A stretch of DNA of 64,000 nt from Mobula hypostoma (Eukaryota): contig NC_086097.1 in assembly GCF_963921235.1 (NCBI RefSeq), positions 40,736,001 through 40,800,000 of the forward strand, in the 5' to 3' direction. The notes under the pieces were generated by a model, which was not told the DNA's origin, searched no databases, and saw nothing but the letters and a program-made list of their open reading frames with translations. Made by a program: the position numbers and the translations under genes. Below, piece by piece: positions 51,017 to 63,544 of the stretch; position 1 is the first letter of the stretch; each line of letters opens with the position of its first letter.

Positions 51017-51169
51017 GTACCTCTTCCTAGAGATGCTGCCTGGCCTGCTGTGTTCACCAGCAACTTCGATGCTGATTAAGTTGTCTACCTGAGCTATTTC
51101 TATTTGCCTGTATTTGGTCCATGTCCCTCTAAACATTTGCTATCTAGTGTACCTTGCTAAATTCCTGTT

Positions 51170-51840
51170 AAGATTCAGATTCAGATTTATTTATCACATG
51201 TACATCAAAATGTACAGTGAGCTATGATTTTTGCATTAACAACCAACACACACAAAGATGTTCTGGAGGCAGACCCCAGATGTCACCACACATTCTAGTG
51301 CCAACATAGCATGTCTACAATGCTGAGCAGAACGAAACAAGCAACAAAGTTAACAAAACAGAACAAAGCAACAGCAGAAAAACAAGCCCCACTTCTCACC
51401 CCACCCCAATCCACTTACACACATTAACAGGCTTCCAGTCCTCGGGCAGGCTGACTCCAGGCCTCCTGACCTTGTCCCTGGACTCTTAGACTTGCAGTCG
51501 TCATGTCTCCAACCTCCAGTCCCTGACCTGGACTTGCAGATTTGCAGACATTGTGCCTCTGACCTCCAGACTCATCAACTTCGGATTTCAATCTCTGGGA
51601 TTACACCAGACTTGCTGGGACCTTTACCTTTGCCCTCCAAACCGCTGACCTCTGAGTATGAAGCCCAGAACTTGGCGATCATGGGTTTGACCTTCAAGCC
51701 TTGACTTTTGGACTCTGGAGAAGTGGTGAACAATACCTCTCTGCAACGCCATCTACATGGTAAGCACCCTGGAGGGGTCACCAGCCCACATGACTCCTGC
51801 TCATGCAGACCTCCAACCCAGAGGTCGCCAGCCTTTTAAA
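51170..51840 (-). mobile_element. Retroposon with (TCTGAA)n tail, family unresolved
   Basis: agattcagattcagatttatttatcacatgtac is a tail shared with Rex-type ends (compare 38430-38490); the left boundary is clear, the right is not. Confidence 0.45.
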
Positions 51841-52229
51841 TATTGTAATTGGTCATGTTTCTACCATTTTCTCTGCCAGTTCATTCCATAGATCAACCAC
51901 CCTTTGCATGTAAAAAGTTGCCCCCTCACTTATCCTTTAAGTCTTTCCCCTCCCAAAGTATAAGTCAAAGTAAATATTTAATCAAAGTGCACATATGTTA
52001 TCATATGCACAAGAAGAGAGCGCGGCCTCGATGATGGGTGACTCACTTTTAACCTATGACCTTCAATTTTATATTCCCTTACTCCTACCTCTCTCTAAAC
52101 CACTCAATCCTTCAAAATCTCCTTCAGATGTGTTTCTATCTCTTGCTGTGGATACCAAACCACAAATTCAATTTGGTAACACTTTCTTAAAGTGTCTCAG
52201 TATACCTTGCGATGTCTTGAGGAACATTT

Positions 52230-52486
52230 TCGGGTGCCATGGTAGTGTAGCAGTTAGCGTGACACTATTACAGTTTGAGAGTTCAGAGTTGAATTTGACA
52301 TCATTTGCATGGAGTCTGTATGTCCTCCCTGAAAATACGTGGGTTTTCTCCAGTTGCTCCAAAGGCGTACTGGTTAGGTTAATTGGTCGTTGTAAATTTG
52401 CCTGTGATTAGGCGAGGGTTAAACCGGGATTTGCTGGGTGGTGTGGCTCAAAGGGCCTTCAGGGCCTGTTCCATACTGTATCTCAG
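52230..52486 (+). mobile_element. V-SINE (HE1-like), decayed
   Basis: ggtagtgtagcagttagcg head, gtgggttttctccagttgctcc central block and CR1-like tail; homologous to 63545-63808. Confidence 0.7.
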
Positions 52487-52980
52487 CAAGTGGAGACATG
52501 TCAGAGATGTTCTATGAACATAGTTGTGGTGCATCAAAGTTGGTGTTGATTTAGCCAAAGTTGCAGGTTTACTTTCAAAAAGAAAGGATTAACAATCTTT
52601 TCCAAAGTTCTTGCATTGGTAACAACATCTGAAGGAAACAAATACCTTTTTTTAAACCATTTCCCATTTTGGAAGTTTATTCTGTATTTAATCCCTCCCA
52701 TCATTGAGCACATCTAGAAGGGGCACTTCCACAAGAAAGCAGCGTCCATCATTAAGGACCCTCACCATGCAGACCACGGTCTCTTCTTGCGGCTGCCATC
52801 GGTTCGGAAGCGCAGGAGCCTCAGCTCCCACACCATCAGCGTCAGGAACAGTTATTACCCTTCAAGCATCAGATCCCTAAACCAGCATGGTAGCTCACTC
52901 ACCTTAACTCCGGACTGATTTCACAACCTATTGATTCACTTTCATTGTCTCTGCAAATCATGTTCACAACATTATTGATA

Positions 52981-53516
52981 TACTCAATGGTCACCTTGTT
53001 GGGTACACCTGTACACCTGCCCATTAATGAAAATATATAGTCAGCCAATCATGTGGCAGTAACACAATGCCATAAAAGTATACAGATATGATCAAGAGGT
53101 TCAGTGGTTGTTCAGACCAAACGTCAGAATGGGGAAGAGATGTGATCTAAGTGACTTTAACCAGAGATGATTGTGGTTAGTTTGAGGATCTCAGAAACTG
53201 CTGACGTCCTGGGATTTTCATGTAGAACAGTTCCTAGAGTTTACAGAGTATGGTGTGAAAACAAAAAAAAAATAAACATCCAGTGAGTGGCAGTTCTGTG
53301 GTTGAAAATTCCTTGTTCATGAGAGAGTGCAGGGGAGAATGGCCAGACTGATTCAAGCTGACAAGGAAGGTGGCAGTAACACAAATAACCAAGCATTGCA
53401 ACAGTGGTGTGGAGAAGAGCATCTCTGAATGCAGAACACGTAAACGTGAGTGGGCTACAACAGAAGGAGACCACCCTGGGTTCCACTCCTGTACCTAATA
53501 ACGTGGCTACTGAGTG
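52981..53516 (+). mobile_element. Non-autonomous Tc1/mariner deletion derivative
   Basis: TIRs (t)actcaatggtcaccttgttgggtaca and tgtacctaataacgtggctactgagtg; transposase start MGKRCDLSDF...ISETADVLGFS..TV.RVYR.W. Confidence 0.85.
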
Positions 53517-53681
53517 TGTACACTGTACGTATTTTATTTGCAGTTTGTCTTTTTTTGTACATGGGTTGTTTGTTAATTTTGATTTATGTGTAATTCTTCA
53601 TAAATTCAATTGTATTTCTTTATTTTGCTGCACATGCCCACAAGAAAATGAATCTCAAGGTAGTATACGGTGACACATATA

Positions 53682-55079
53682 CAGGGGCATGCAAAAGTTT
53701 GGGCACCCCTGGTCAAAGTTTCGGTTACTGTGAATAGCTAAGCGAGTAAAAGATGGACTGATCTCCAAAAGGCATAAAGTTAAATGTGACACATTTCTTT
53801 AATATTTTAAACAAGAAAACTTTTTTTTATTTCCATCTTTTACAGTTTTAAAATAACAAAAAAGGAAAAGGGCCCGAAGCAAAAGTTTGGGTGCCCTGCA
53901 TGGTCAGTGCTTAGTAACACCCCCTTTGGCAAGTATCACAGCTTGTAAATGCTTTCTGTAGCCAGCTAAGAATCCTTCAGTTCTTGTTTGGGGGATTTTT
54001 GCCCATTCTTCCTTGCAAAAGGCTTCTAGTTCTGTGAGATTCTTGGGCCATCTTGCATGCACTGCTCTTTTGAGGTCTATCCACAGATTCTCGATGATAT
54101 TTAGGTCGGGACTGTGAGGGCCATGGCAAAACCTTCATCTTGCACCTCTTGAGGTAGTCCATTGTGGATTTTGAGGTGTGTTTAGGATCATTATCCTGTT
54201 CTAGAAGCCCATCCTCTTTTCATCTTCAGTTTTTTTACAGACTGTGTGATGTTTGTTTCCAGAATTTGCTGGCATTTAATTGAATTCATTCTTCCCTCTA
54301 CCAGTAAATGTTCCCTGTGCCACTGGCTGCAACCAAAGCCCAAAGCATGATCGATCCACCCCTGTGCTTAACAGTTGGAGAGGGGTTCTTTTCATGAAAT
54401 TCTGCATCCTTTTTTTCTCCAAACATACCTTTGCTCATTGTGGCCAAGAAGTTCTATTCAAAAGGTTCAAAGGAACATCTAAACAAGCCTGATGCATTTT
54501 GGAAATGAATCCTGTGAACTGATGAAGTTAAAATAGAACTTTTTGAAGATGAAAAAGAGGATGGCTTCCACAACAGGATAATGATCCTAAACACACCTCA
54601 AAATCCATAATGGACTACCTCAAGAGGCACAGGCTGAAGGTTTTTCCATGGCCCTCACAGTCCCCTGACCTAAACATCATCAAGAATCTGTGGATAGACC
54701 TCAAAAGAGCAGTGCATGCAAGTCGGCTCAAGAATCCCACAGAACTAGAAGCCTTTTGCAAGGAAGAATGGGCGAAAATCCCCCAAACAAGAATTGAAAG
54801 ACTCTTCGCTGGCTACAGAAAGCGTTTACAAGCTGTGATACTTGCCAAAGGAGGTGTTACTAAGTACTGATCATGCAGGGTGCCCAAACTTTTGCTTCGG
54901 GCCCTTTTTTGTTAATTTGAAACTGTAAAAGATGAAATAAAAAAGTTTTCTTAAAATATTAAAGAAATGTGTCACATTTAACTTTATGCCTTTTGGAGAT
55001 CAGTCCATCTTTTACTCGCTTAGCTATTCACAGTAACAGAAATTTTGACCAGGGGTGCCTAAACTTTTGCATGCCACTG
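53682..55079. mobile_element. Foldback Tc1 derivative made of two transposase 3' halves head-to-head, TA TSD
   Basis: Termini caggggcatgcaaaagtttgggcacccc and ggggtgcctaaacttttgcatgccactg. TA at 53680-53681 and 55080-55081. WPSQS motif on both strands (ORFs 53977-54162 minus and 54610-54870 plus). Confidence 0.92.
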
Positions 55080-55878
55080 TATACATTGATAATAAATTTA
55101 CTTTGACTTTGAATATGGCATTGTTGCAATATGAATGGTTCACAACTTCTACTGCTTACAAAATGTTTGATATATGGGGTGGCGCTGTGGTGCTGCCTCA
55201 CAGTTCCAGTAATTCATATTCATTGAGGTTTTGTCTATGTTGCTTTTTGACTTCATGGCTGTCCTGCTGTTTAGTCTGGCACCTCCCCCCTTTCCACGGC
55301 CCAACGATGTATAAGTTGGTAGGTTAACTTTTGCACTGTCAATTTTCCCTTGTGTGCCTGTGAAAGTAGGCTCCAGGGGGAGTTGATGGAAGTGTGGTGG
55401 ATAAAAGTGGAATTAGTGTAAGTGTGTGCTTGCTAGTTGTCCCAGGGATTGTTTTTATTGTTGGATGACTTGATTCAATAAAAGATTTAATCTGATGTAA
55501 AAGGCAGCTTTTGTCTATCTCTCCTTGCTTCGCTGAAGTATTTCTCACTCAAAGTACATTTGCTGATTGGTTAGTGAAGCTGATAAAATGTTTACAATGC
55601 TCTCAAAATGCTCCATAGGGCCATTGTTTTGCACAGAGTGGCAGTGAGTAGTTTGAATTTGGCAGCTGAATATCTGCCAGTAATTAGTGGCAAAATTGAG
55701 GGAGTGATAGAAGTGTATTATCTTTTTTTTGGGCCCTCCTAAAGTCCACCAACAGGTAATGAAGTTTATTCAGGATGTAGAATTGTCATGATATACTTGT
55801 CTCAGCAGGAAGTCCACTACTTTCAATTAACAGAATGCTTTTCCTATAAGCACATGCCCATCATTTTATTAAATTTAA

Positions 55879-56410
55879 TGTAACCCTCAGATGCTTTCGG
55901 CCAAGTAAGTCTAGGGAAGAAAATCTCTGGCCCTGCCAAGTAGGTGAGATTGATATGCGAATCCACCCCGAAACCTCCTGTTTGTGAGGATGCTGCATGA
56001 TTTGTTACCCTGATACAAATCAGTACTACGAAATAACAGACAATTGAATGACTTAGCTTTATAATTCTTAATTTGACTATAGGGTTAGTGAAGAAAAAGC
56101 CAAAAAAGAAAAGAACCCGTTTTATTGAAACAGTCTAATGTACACAAGTTGAAGCTCACAGTTTCCCCTTCACCATTCTCCTTCGATCTCCCGGTCTTCG
56201 TCAGGTCATGGCTTCACTCCTTCATCTTCTCTCTTCATCTCCCGTCGATCAAAAGACCCAGATCACCCTGGTGTCAGGAACACGGCACGAAAACACCCTC
56301 CTGTCATTGAACGGCTCACATTCCAAAGCACTTGTTATCCCTAACCATAACCCAAACTCTGCTTCTACTGAAAGACCATGACATTAGCAATGAAACCTTT
56401 CTCAGGGTGT
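55879..56410. mobile_element. Probable solo LTR (~530 bp)
   Basis: Starts TGTAACCCT and ends cagggtgt (terminal TACA missing); TTAA on both sides; minus-strand AATAAA near 56120. Confidence 0.5.
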
Positions 56411-57734
56411 TTAAACTTCAAGAACATCCAAATGGTTGATAAAAACAAATTTCACAATGTGTGCCGGTGATATTAAAGCTGATTCTGATTGTGAAGAGAC
56501 AGGTTCAGCGAGATGCAGGTTAGGCTATAGAAACTAGTTGTTTCAACTTCTGTAGCATACTTTCCAGCCAGGTGAGGCCTATCTCTTTAAGGAATGCTTA
56601 TGTAACCTTCTCACTGTGGGCATGCAATGAGTTAACTGTTACTGTGAATGCAAACTAATGGCATTGCAACTCTACAATGCATGAGAGTAACATTGGATAT
56701 GATTCGGGTAAACACAAAAAAAAACAAAAATTTGAATGTTTCTCCAGAGGAAAAATAAGACAATTACCTGTACGAATACTGACAGACACCCATGCAAATT
56801 TTATATTCATTTCGCCATGAAACAATGATATAGCTTGCACCAGTGTAAACTTAGATTGAAATTGTATTGACAGAATATTTTAAACTATAACAATGAAATA
56901 AAGAAAAGTACCCATCCAATATATTATCAGTCTATAGTGTGCATTTAGTAGTTGGAGCTCATTGTCTCGTAATCAACCAGTATGCTTCATTTTGTTTACT
57001 CACAGTACTGAAATGGTTCTGCATTGAATACCCAGCCCCAGTACAAATAGATATCAACAACATGTCATGCTTTGTGTATTATGTGCAATGGGAAATAAAA
57101 ATCACAATTTTACACCTGAAATCAATTGCATACCACTATCTTAAAATTTAAAAAAATGTTTTCTGACCTGTGTTTAGCTATAATTTGGATGAGTTCTGTA
57201 TGTTGCCAGTACTATTACATTTCCTTCAACAGCTCTCCATCATAAAGTATTCCATTATTTTCAAAGCCATACCTGACAGAATCTGACACCAATATATAAA
57301 TCTTGTAAATGAAGGCACCGAAAAATTGGGAGAGACAGCATTGTTTTCCCCGCTCATTGATTGTGAAAGGTGGTTTCTTTCCACTGGGGTAGAAGGCAAT
57401 TGTGACCATTGTCTAGCTGAATCACAGTGATCTGGAAATTGACCAGACATTTCTAGTCCTGAATCACCCTGGCATGTCTGATGTGATTTTTTTTTGCATT
57501 AGTTTGGTATTAGATGATGTCAATCCCCATTCAAAGCTGCTTTTGGAGTGAAGGACCGGAAAGATCACAAATACAGGATAAATTTAGAATGCAAGTTGGA
57601 TTTGTTTTGAGTATCTTAAAATACAAGAAAGTGATGGAGGAAAGAGCTAGGTACAGTTATGCCAAGTAGCAGCTATCAACTCATATATACACCAACACTG
57701 AGACAAAGAACAAAACAGCATGGTACGTTCCCCA

Positions 57735-58150
57735 CCACTGACTAGCCTGTTATTCCCTATTTTGTCCTTGTTACCCTTTGTAAATAATAGAACAACATTA
57801 GCCAGTTTCCAGTCTTTGGGAACTTCACCAATGACTAAAGATGGAAGAAATATTTCTGCAGAAGCCTCTGCAATTTTCTCTTTAGCCTCCCACAAATTCC
57901 AAATTTACACTTGGTCAGACCCTAGAGATTTGTGCAACCTAACATGCTGTAAACTTCAAATATCTCCTCACAGGTAATATGACTGTTTTTCAGAACCTCT
58001 CCACTTGCTTTCTTTGTCTCTTGAACAACCGTAATTTTCTCCTCAGTAAATATAGAGTCAAAATATTCATTCAAAATCCAATCTATTTCCTTCATCTCAA
58101 GACATAGTTGGCCTTGATGAGCTCTAAGGGGACCATCCTTTTACTCCTAG
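57735..58150 (-). mobile_element. Old CR1 fragment
   Basis: GEVPKDWKLANVVLLFTKGNKDK in ORF 57647-57895. Confidence 0.75.
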
Positions 58151-58339
58151 TGTAGCTATTGAACCAGTAACTTAAATGCAATATAAATTTCCATGAACAT
58201 TTGTAAACTTATGACCAGACTGTGTGCTCCACATTGAGCACTATGATGATGGTATCGGGTCTGCAGACTGTGAAGTTCTGAACTCAGATGAAGCCCTTAA
58301 GCCCTTTCAAATATAAATAGTCACAGGTACTCTCACTAA

Positions 58340-58575
58340 GACCCAACTGGTGGCATAGTGACATCAGTGCTGGACTTCGGGACGACAGGTCCTGAGTTCG
58401 AATCCAGCCAGCTCCCCTGCACGTTTCCATCTGTGGAAACTCACCTGGCAGAAGGCAATGGCAAACCACTGCTGTAACTTGTCTCCTACGCAGTTCCCCA
58501 CTACGTCAGAGAGGTGTGGAGGGAAATCGTCGGCTAACCGGAGAAACTCCCGATGCGATGTAGCTTTCCTTTCCT
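58340..58575 (+). mobile_element. tRNA-head SINE with RTE-like body, 12-bp TSD TACTCTCACTAA
   Basis: Box A tggcatagtga, box B gttcgaatcc, gaaggcaatggcaaaccact (BovB/Bov-A-like motif), (TTTCC) tail. TSD at 58328-58339 and 58576-58587. Confidence 0.85.
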
Positions 58576-58898
58576 TACTCTCACTAAAGGGAGATTATAC
58601 TGTAACTACCCAATCTTCAAAGACTAGTTCGCTCCCTTTTTATTCTCCATGGTGAGTATTGCTGTCAATACCCACTACTGGAGTGGAGGGTTCCCTCTCC
58701 ATACCAAGGAGAAGATGCTTCCAAACAACAAGATAGTTTAAAACACAGTTCATTGATTTTCAGTGATAGATGTTTACATCCAAACAACATCCTTAAAACA
58801 CATTTAAAACTCACATAGGATTTATATCTTAAACATTTTCAAATTAGAAATCTTTTCTAAAACACATAGCATTTCTACAACTTAAAAGATTTCCAAAC

Positions 58899-60066
58899 AA
58901 AGCCTTTGATAAAGTCCCACATAGGAGATTAGTGGGCAAAATTAGGGCACATGGTATTGGGGGCAGAGTACTGACATGGATTGAAAATTGGCTGGCTGAC
59001 AGAAAACAAAGGGTAGCCATTAATGGGTCCCTTTCGGAATGGCAGGCGGTGACCAGTGGGGTACCGCAGGGTTCAGTGCTGGGACCACAGCTGTTTACAA
59101 TATATATTAATGATTTGGATGAGGGAATTAAAAGTAACATTAGCAAATTTGCCGATGACACAAAGCTGGGTGGCAGTGTGAAATATGAGGAGGATGTTAT
59201 GAGAATGCAGGGTGACTTGGACAGGCTGGGTGAGTGGGCAGATGCAGTTTAATGTGGATAAATGTGAGGTTATCCACTTTGGTGGTAAGAACAGGAAGGC
59301 AGATTATTATCTAAATGGAGTCAAGTTAGGAAAAGGGGAAGCACAACGAGATCTACGTGTTCTTGTACATCAGTCACTGAAAGCAAGTCTGCAAGTACAG
59401 CAGGCAGTGAAAAAAGCTAATGGCATGCTGGCCTTCATAACAAGGGGAATTGAGTATAAGAGCAAAGAGGTCCTTCTGCAGCTGTACAGGGCCCTGGTGA
59501 GACCACACCTGGAGTACCGTGTGCAGTTTTGGTCTCCAAATTTGAGGAAGGACATTCTTGCTATTGAGGGAGTGCAGCATAGGTTCACAAGGTTAATTCC
59601 CAGGATGGCGGGACTGTCATATATCGAAAGATTGGAGCGACTAGGCTTGTATTCTCTGGAATTTAGAAGGCTGAGAAGGGATCCTATTGAAACATATAAG
59701 ATTATTAAGGGATTGGACACGCTGCAGGCAAGAAGCATGTTCACGCTGATGGGTGAGTCCAGAACCAGAGGCCACAGTTTAAGAATAAGGGGTAGGCCAT
59801 TTAGAACGGAGTTGAGGAAAAACTTTTTCACCCAGAGAGTGGTGGATATATGGAATGCTCTGCCCCCGAAGGCTGTGGAGGCCAAGTCTCTGGATGCTTT
59901 CAAGAAAGAGATGGATAGAGCTCTTAAAGATAGCGGAATCAAAGGTTATGGGGATAAGGCAGGAACTGGATACTGATTGTGGATGATCAGCCATGATCAC
60001 AGTGAATGTTGGTGCTGGCTTGAAGGGCCGAATGGCCTACTCCTGCACCTATTGTCTATTGTCTAT
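58899..60066 (+). mobile_element. Young 5'-truncated CR1 LINE, related to 26921-28384
   Basis: ORFs 58932-59252 and 59212-59976, with a small deletion near 59240 between tgggcag/tggcag repeats; (CTATTGT)n tail. Confidence 0.94.
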
Positions 60067-61289
60067 AGTTCCTATAAACGAAAAGAACATGTCAACGATG
60101 CAGACAAACAAATCGTTTGTCACAGAAATTGAAGCTAAAGGAATGGCTTCTAGTTCACCCCGTGTTTCTTTTAAGTGTTGTGATGTATCTTATCCCATTC
60201 CTAAATAGCCCTCTATACTTATACCCTTTTTTGCCATTTGGGTGACTTCACTCACACATGATACTTACTCAAATACCCTTTTAACACAAATGGTATAAAA
60301 GCTTTTTTGGAGACACAGACACCAGCTTTCCACAATTAATGCTGTGAAGCTAATTTCTTGAATCCATAAACCATCCAATTATAAACACATAAGCTTTTGA
60401 TATATTAAATGATATTATCCATCTGGTTTGCAAGATTCCTTGAACTAAGCAACTTTCTTAGCTTGTCTGTTTTGATACAGCCAAAACTAAATAACCCATT
60501 GTGTTATACTGGCACCTCTTGAGCAGCAGAACTTGTGGAATGAGCCAGCAAATCCGAGGCTCTCTACAGAGCTTGTTTGCAAACAAAGCAACATGTCACA
60601 TAGATCGATGGAGCATTAATGTTGTTGGCAAGAATGAGCCCTCAGCAGTTTGCAGATGAGTACATGCACACACTCAACCCAACTTGACTTCCACCAAGTG
60701 AATACTGGAGAGCAGCATGACAGGGGAGACTTGCCCCCAATCCAACGTGGATGCCATTCCACACCACCCCTGGTGTCTCACCTCCCAGCAGCTGTAATAG
60801 GTGTTGTCATGGCGTGAGACCTCTTCCTCACTACAGCCAAGGCTACAGAACTCCCCCGTCTTCAGTCTCACCAATAAACCAGTGAACTGGACTTGCAGAA
60901 TTCTGCAATGTCATCCAAGGTCTTGTGATCACAAGAAAACTGTCCAAGGCCATCCCTCACTGTTAGACTGTACACCATCTTTGCCCACTTACTCTAGTGC
61001 CTTTCCGCATCAGGCAGCAACACGGTCCACAAAAAATCCAGCTGATGGGATAGATCTGCAGGCTAGAAGCTGAAGAAATATAGCTGAAAGTTTGCTTACT
61101 TGTAGTGTAAGTTTACTTACACTGTTTGATCTTACAAGTGGCAGCTGCTGTGTGTAGAAAGTGATCTTGGCAATGTATGTTTCTGAAATGTAACACTGTA
61201 AATATCTTTACACAAATACTTACTAAGTTTGACAAGCATAGTGCTGAAGTGTATGTTTGTATTGTGTAAGATATACAGCAGCTTACTTT

Positions 61290-62486
61290 AAAATCACGAA
61301 CGAGAAAAATCTGCAGATGCTGGAAATCCGAGCAACACACACAAAATGCTGGAGGAACTCAGCAGGCCAGGCAGCACCTATGGAAGAAAGCACAGTCGAC
61401 ATTTTGGGCCGAAACTCTTCAGCAGGACTGGAGGAAAAAAGCTGAGGAGTAGATTTGAAAGGTGCGGGGAGGAGAGAGAGAAACACCAGGCGATAGGTGA
61501 AACATGAAGAGGGAGAGATGAAGCAAAGAGCTAGGAAGTCGATTGGTGAAAGAGACAGAAGGCTACGGAAGAAGGAAAAATATTGGGGGTGGGGAGGAGC
61601 ACCAGAGGGAGGTGATGGGCAGGCAAGGAGATAACATGAGAGAGGGAAAAGGGGATAGGAAATGGTGAAGGGTGGGGGGAGGCATTAATGGAAGTTTGAA
61701 AAATCGATGTCATCAGTTTGGAGGCTACCCAAACTGAATATAAGGTTTTGTTCCTCCCACCTAAGTGTGGCCTTATCAAGACAAGTGCTACAACTGCCCC
61801 TACACCTGCTCCTTCAGGGCCCCAAACAATCCTTCCAGGTGAGGCGACATTTCACCTGTGAGTCTGTTGAGGTCATATACTGTGTTCGGTGTTCCCGGTA
61901 TGGCCTCCTGTGTATCGGCGAGACTTGATGTAGTTTAGTAGACCGCTTCACCGAGTGTCTGCTCTCCAACTGCCAGAAAAAGCAGGATCTCCCAGTGGCC
62001 ACCCATTTTAATTCCACTTCCCATTCCCATTCCGATATGTCCATCCATGGCCTCCTCCACTGTTGTGATAAAGCCACACTTAGGTTGTAGGAACAACACC
62101 TTATATTCCAATTGGGTAGCCTCCAATCTGACGGCATGAACATCAATTTCTCAAAATTCCAGTATTGCCACCCTCCCCTTCACCATTTCTTACCCCTTTT
62201 TCCCTCTCTCATGTTATTTCCTTACTCGCCCATCACCTCCCTCTGGTGCTCCTCCTCCCAACCCTTTTTTCTTTCTTCTCTTTCACCTATCAACTTCCTA
62301 GCTCTTTGCTTCACACCTCCCCCTTCAGGTTTCACCTGTCTCTCTCCCCTCCTCCCACCTTTCAAATCTACTCCTCAGCTTTTTTTCTCCAGTCCTGCCC
62401 GCCGAAGGATTTTGGCCCGAAATCTCATCCGTGCTTTTTTCTGTGGATGCTGCCTGGCCTGCTGAGTTCCTCCAGCATCTTGTGTG
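61290..62486. mobile_element. PLE insertion with inverted 3' copy (minus arm ~61293-61778, plus arm ~61785-62486), 13-bp TSD AGCAGCTTACTTT
   Basis: GIY-YIG remnant VIYCVRCSRYGLLCIGET. TSD at 61277-61289 and 62487-62499. Degenerate hammerhead motifs at 61394-61429 (minus) and ~62391-62425 (plus). Confidence 0.9.
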
Positions 62487-63544
62487 AGCAGCTTACTTTG
62501 TATAGTTTTTGAAATAGCTGTGCACATTATAAAGGCTTTTAGCATACACTTTCTTTACGTGACTTGCACATTATTCTCAGGGTCAGTTCCATGTTACAAG
62601 AGTTTCCAGTGCAAATTTTGATGGCCAGCAGTAAAATATTGTTTAGATATATACTTATGTATGAATCTTATGAGTAAGGTTCAGTGATGGATTTCAGACA
62701 AACATAGTGGCCCAAAAAATATAATAATATTATTGGCCCAAAAAATAAATATTGAATGTTGAAAAACAGTTCACTAATTTGTAATCGTTTGCTTAAAGTG
62801 TATTGCTAAACAGTGGCATTTTTGGCTTCACATCAGAGGCTATAAGCTCTGCAAGTGTGAGCACAAAGTTTCTGCTGGTAAGCCAGCGTCAGGACTGAGA
62901 GAAAACAGAAGGGGCATGTGATCTGGGAAGGTTCCAGGTAACATTCCCAACTGAAAGCTCTCAATTGCGGAGGTGATCTGTTCCCTCCTTCAGAGGAAAG
63001 GCTTCTCTTGGCTGATGGAAATCGCCAGTTTTCACTGGGAAGCTGACAGTGCTGGGATGGGTGTCTCCGTCTCTCCCTGGAATTCTAACTGGAGCAAGCT
63101 GCCCCGTGTTGAGGCTGAGAGACAGGTACTGCTGCACTGTGTCAGCACAATGACATCACTGGATTTCTGTCTCTGTGGCTCACTCGCGACTGGCACCAGC
63201 ACAAACTACAGTGGATGCTAAAAATCTGAAAAGCAAACCGTAATTGCAAGGGGGAATGCCGTGAAGGTCAGGCAGTGATCCTGGGCAGTTAAACATTTGG
63301 TGCACTCACTCCACTGGGAATTCTGTTGCTGCATCAGAGCACTGGCGATGAACTACAGCAAATCATTGATACTGAAATAGAATTTTCATGTCTACAACAA
63401 AGCATTGGTTCAGATTGTGTGGGTTGTGATTGGCCTTTCAAAGTGTTGTTTCTAAAAGGTTTAGATTTGATTCAATATAACCTTCTTTCAACACTAAGAC
63501 CCTGTAACCCTGGCAGGGTCTTCAATGCCCTCACATGTTTACGT

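Larger units (their letters stand above)
50121..51068. mobile_element. Palindromic PLE insertion (minus arm ~50123-50600, plus arm ~50627-51066), 14-bp TSD ATGCTGAT(C/T)AAGTT
   Basis: The arms are inverted copies of the PLE 3' region. TSD at 50107-50120 and 51069-51082. The flanks rejoin as a CR1 3' tail. Confidence 0.9.
52695..55112 (+). mobile_element. Rex-type LINE 3' fragment in pieces (52695-52980, 53517-53681, 55080-55112) split by two Tc1 derivatives
   Basis: KKAASIIKDPHH...LPSVRKRRS; the tail gaatctcaaggtagtatacggtgacacata|tacattgataataaatttactttgactttga rejoins across the Tc1. Confidence 0.8.

Noticed and set aside
57215..57409. Minus-strand ORF ending YGFENNGILYDGELLKEM as a host exon
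   Set aside because: The acceptor has a poor pyrimidine tract, the donor is weak, and I recognise no protein similarity.
58663..60340. LTR-like element split by the young CR1
   Set aside because: The composition is suggestive but I could not define termini or a TSD.
60670..61060. Old RTE-like 5' fragment or coding exon (ORF 60801-61073)
   Set aside because: Only faint resemblance to 44700-44900, with no diagnostic motif or paired splice signals.
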